DNA of 63,938 nucleotides, counting the filler, from Octopus bimaculoides (lineage: Eukaryota), in the NCBI RefSeq assembly GCF_001194135.2. It is 8 parts of 7 records of this genome, joined end to end, with 100 filler letters (N's around TTAATTAATTAA, not from the genome) between each part and the next. Parts side by side here need not be neighbours in the genome. Positions count along the whole stretch, not along the records: positions 59,696 to 62,746 come from NC_068982.1; positions 62,847 to 63,938 come from NW_026398858.1; 6 more parts are not named here. One strand, given 5' to 3'. The position numbers and the translations under genes are program-made. This document shows, piece by piece, positions 61,280 to 63,938 of this stretch (position 1 is the first letter of the stretch; every line of letters begins with the position of its first letter). The notes below the pieces were generated by a model, which had not been told where the DNA came from, searched no databases, and worked only from the letters and a program-made list of their open reading frames with translations.

Positions 61280-62672
61280 TATTAAGTTAGTTATCTGAAA
61301 GTATATTTTCAGTCATCCATTCGAGTGTTTTATTTACAGGTTTACCCGTGAACCATCTCTGCCTCATTCGTTACTGTTTTGGAAGTATTCCGACCACTCC
61401 CATAATATTTGTCGAGTTATCAGGAGTTGATTGGTTAGCAGTTCACTGTGTGCCGTGTAACCTCGTATAACAGTAAACCTTGTGCGTTCGTGTAAATACT
61501 TCGCTAAATTATTTATCCAAATTACCAGTTAATTAAAAATGAAATATACATATACCATGCCTCACATTTTTAACAACATCCGCGGAATGAAGAACGTTGT
61601 GGATGACATGAATTACATATATGAAGCATAGAAACAAAATGCCGATGGATCTAAGACTTACTGAAAAAGGCGAATTTAGTCCTCTATTTTTCGATGAAAA
61701 TTATACCATAATTAAGCACAGTGATGAACATCACCATAGTTCGTGTGCTTCAAACCTCAAAGTTCGCAAAACATTAGCGGAACTAATGGTACACGCTGCT
61801 GCTTCCTGGGAATCTTTTGGTTCATTAATTGCGACTGCTTGTGAAGAACTTGATGAAAATGAAAAGGCTGACATGCCATCCTCTTTGTGTCTAAGTTGCA
61901 ATATAAGGAACTGGCGTGAAGCAAAAGTAAAGGCCTCTCTACTCCCTCAGAGTCGATTTGGTTATGAGATAACCGATGAATACAAGTTCCTTCATAGCAG
62001 CGAACTTTTCTTGCAGTTTGATAGTGGTGAAACTTATGTAGACAGTTGTTCGCAACTGATAAATGGTTTGATGAATGAGTGAATGTAAAACACTGGACAG
62101 GTGATGACACTTTTTGAGTGCTCTCCAATTTTATTTTATCAGTTGTACACGCTTTATATTCAAATAGGTTCATTCAGTGTTCCGCGATTGTTTTAATTAC
62201 TTCCAAACAAAAATCAATAAACTTACACCCACCATTTTAATAAGCTTAATGCATTACGTAAAGGATTGAGCCTTAAGAATGTTATGATGAATTTTGAAAC
62301 AAATCGCATGAATAGCATTTATTTGTGTTTTCTAGTGCTTCCATCTCATAGAGAGAACAGTATGTGATTTTGGCTTTAAGGGAAGATATAATCATGATAA
62401 TGAGTTGAGTATTAAAATCAGGTGTTTTTCAGCGCTGGCTTTTCTTCCTCTAGATGATGTGATTGACGGATTCGAAGATCTTGTAGATGACAACGATCTT
62501 CTGCAAGAAATTATGTCCTATTTTGAATTATCGTACATAGGATGTGTACAAGTTAGAGGAATTAAACAACGAATAACTTTTTCTTTGTTTCCCATCGATT
62601 GTGGGAATATCCGCTTTAAAACAGAATCGGATATGCCTCGCACTAATAACCATTTAGATGGATATCACAACG
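61280..62672 (+). mobile_element. MULE (Mutator-like) transposase relic with FLYWCH-like N-terminus
   Basis: FLTTSRGMKNVVDDMNYIY; HSDEHHH; FLQFDSG; IRCFSALAFLPLDDVIDGFEDL; PRTNNHLDGYHNA. Multiple stops and frameshifts. Confidence 0.8.
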
Positions 62673-62715
62673 CACTACATACACATACACATTCATATAT
62701 ATACATATATATACA

Positions 62716-62746
<31 letters not shown>

Positions 62747-62846
62747 NNNNNNNNNNNNNNNNNNNNNNNNNNNNNNNNNNNNNNNNNNNNTTAATTAATT
62801 AANNNNNNNNNNNNNNNNNNNNNNNNNNNNNNNNNNNNNNNNNNNN

Positions 62847-62883
<37 letters not shown>

Positions 62884-62981
62884 ATAATTATATATACATA
62901 CATACAAGCATGGCCCTCTCTTCTGTCTGTCTGTCTGTCTCTATGTATTTCTCTGTCTGTATAAGTATATACATACACACA

Positions 62982-63012
<31 letters not shown>

Positions 63013-63280
63013 TCACACACAAGTACAAACTCTCACACACACACACACACACACACATTCAACAGCAACTTGAAACCAGAGGAAAACTAATCCTCTTCCA
63101 TGCCACTCCCTCAGGGAGAGAAAGAAATCTCAGGAATCCAAGAATCCAGGAATATAATTTTGTCAATTCCAGGGAGACATTGTCTGAAGATTAAATAAAC
63201 TTCCTTATCGTATCATTAATATCCCTAAAACTGATTAAAGCTCGCATATTAATTAACATTAGATCAACACACAAATATAT

Positions 63281-63332
<52 letters not shown>

Positions 63333-63901
63333 GGCGGGCTTCTTTCAGTTTCTGTTTACCAAATCCACTCACAAGGCTTTGGTCGCCCTGAGGCTATAGT
63401 AGAAGACACTTACCCAAGGTGCCATGCAGTAGGACTGAACCCAGAACCATGTGGTTAGGAAGCAAGATTCTTACCACACACCCACACTTGTGCCTATATA
63501 TGTGTATGTGTGTGTAAATATATGTGTATATATATATATATTTACACACACATACACATATATAGGCACAAGTGTGTGTAATTATGTATGTGTGTGAGTA
63601 GATTTGGTAGATGGAAACTGAAAGAAGCCCATCGTATATATGTATATATATATGTATGTATGTGTGTGTATCTGTGTTTGTCCCACCAACATCGCTTGAC
63701 AACCGATGCTGGTGTGTTTACGTCCCCGTAACTTAGTGGTTCAGCAAAAGAGACCGATAGAATAAGTACTAGGCTTCCAAAGAATAAGTCCCGGGGTCGA
63801 TTTGCTCGACTAAACAGCGGTGCTCCAGCATGGCCACAGTCAAATGACTGAAACAGGTAAAAGAATAAAAAGAGTATCTACCTGTATACACACACATATC
63901 T

Positions 63902-63938
<37 letters not shown>

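Noticed and set aside
4471-62802. Recurrent TTAATTAATTAA flanked by Ns (4471, 23747, 32875, 46800, 49231, 59640, 62791)
   Set aside because: Identical, always embedded in N-runs, and carrying stops in all frames, so this is a scaffolding linker and not biology. It weakens any claim of adjacency across these points.
63114-63195. Possible further exon of the secreted-protein gene
   Set aside because: Two competing acceptors, short frames, no homology, and it lies beyond another linker.
187-63702. Most ORFs in the supplied track (YIYI, CVCV, HTHT, SIYL, X-runs)
   Set aside because: Translations of microsatellites, gaps or SINEs.

Overview
Repeat-saturated, gap-rich eukaryotic DNA. The SINE, RTE and microsatellite landscape suggests a coleoid cephalopod, probably Octopus (inference). 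Almost every ORF in the supplied track is a microsatellite, gap or transposon artefact. The one complete protein-coding gene is missed by the track: a 5-exon RNase P/MRP subunit POP5 (7841-15980, +, 176 aa). Other real genes and relics are an intact tRNA-His(GTG) (18793-18864, -), a fibrillarin pseudogene fragment (38106-38476, -) and a probable signal-peptide exon of an unidentified secreted protein (58931-59012, +). Mobile DNA includes R4/Dong, RTE, L1/Tx1 and Penelope-like retroelements, Tc1/mariner, hAT, MULE and Helitron fragments, and several SINE families. Two hidden systems stand out. First, five tandem copies of the tRNA-His 3' end (T-arm/B-box plus acceptor strand) lie directly downstream of the tRNA. 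Second, about 11 dispersed minimal type-I hammerhead-ribozyme-like motifs fall into several families. Each family has its own palindromic helix III, and several carry non-canonical cores (A3-U8 swap, U4C, A6U). N-flanked TTAATTAATTAA strings are scaffolding linkers, so adjacency across them is not guaranteed. All family assignments come from remembered motifs, not database searches.
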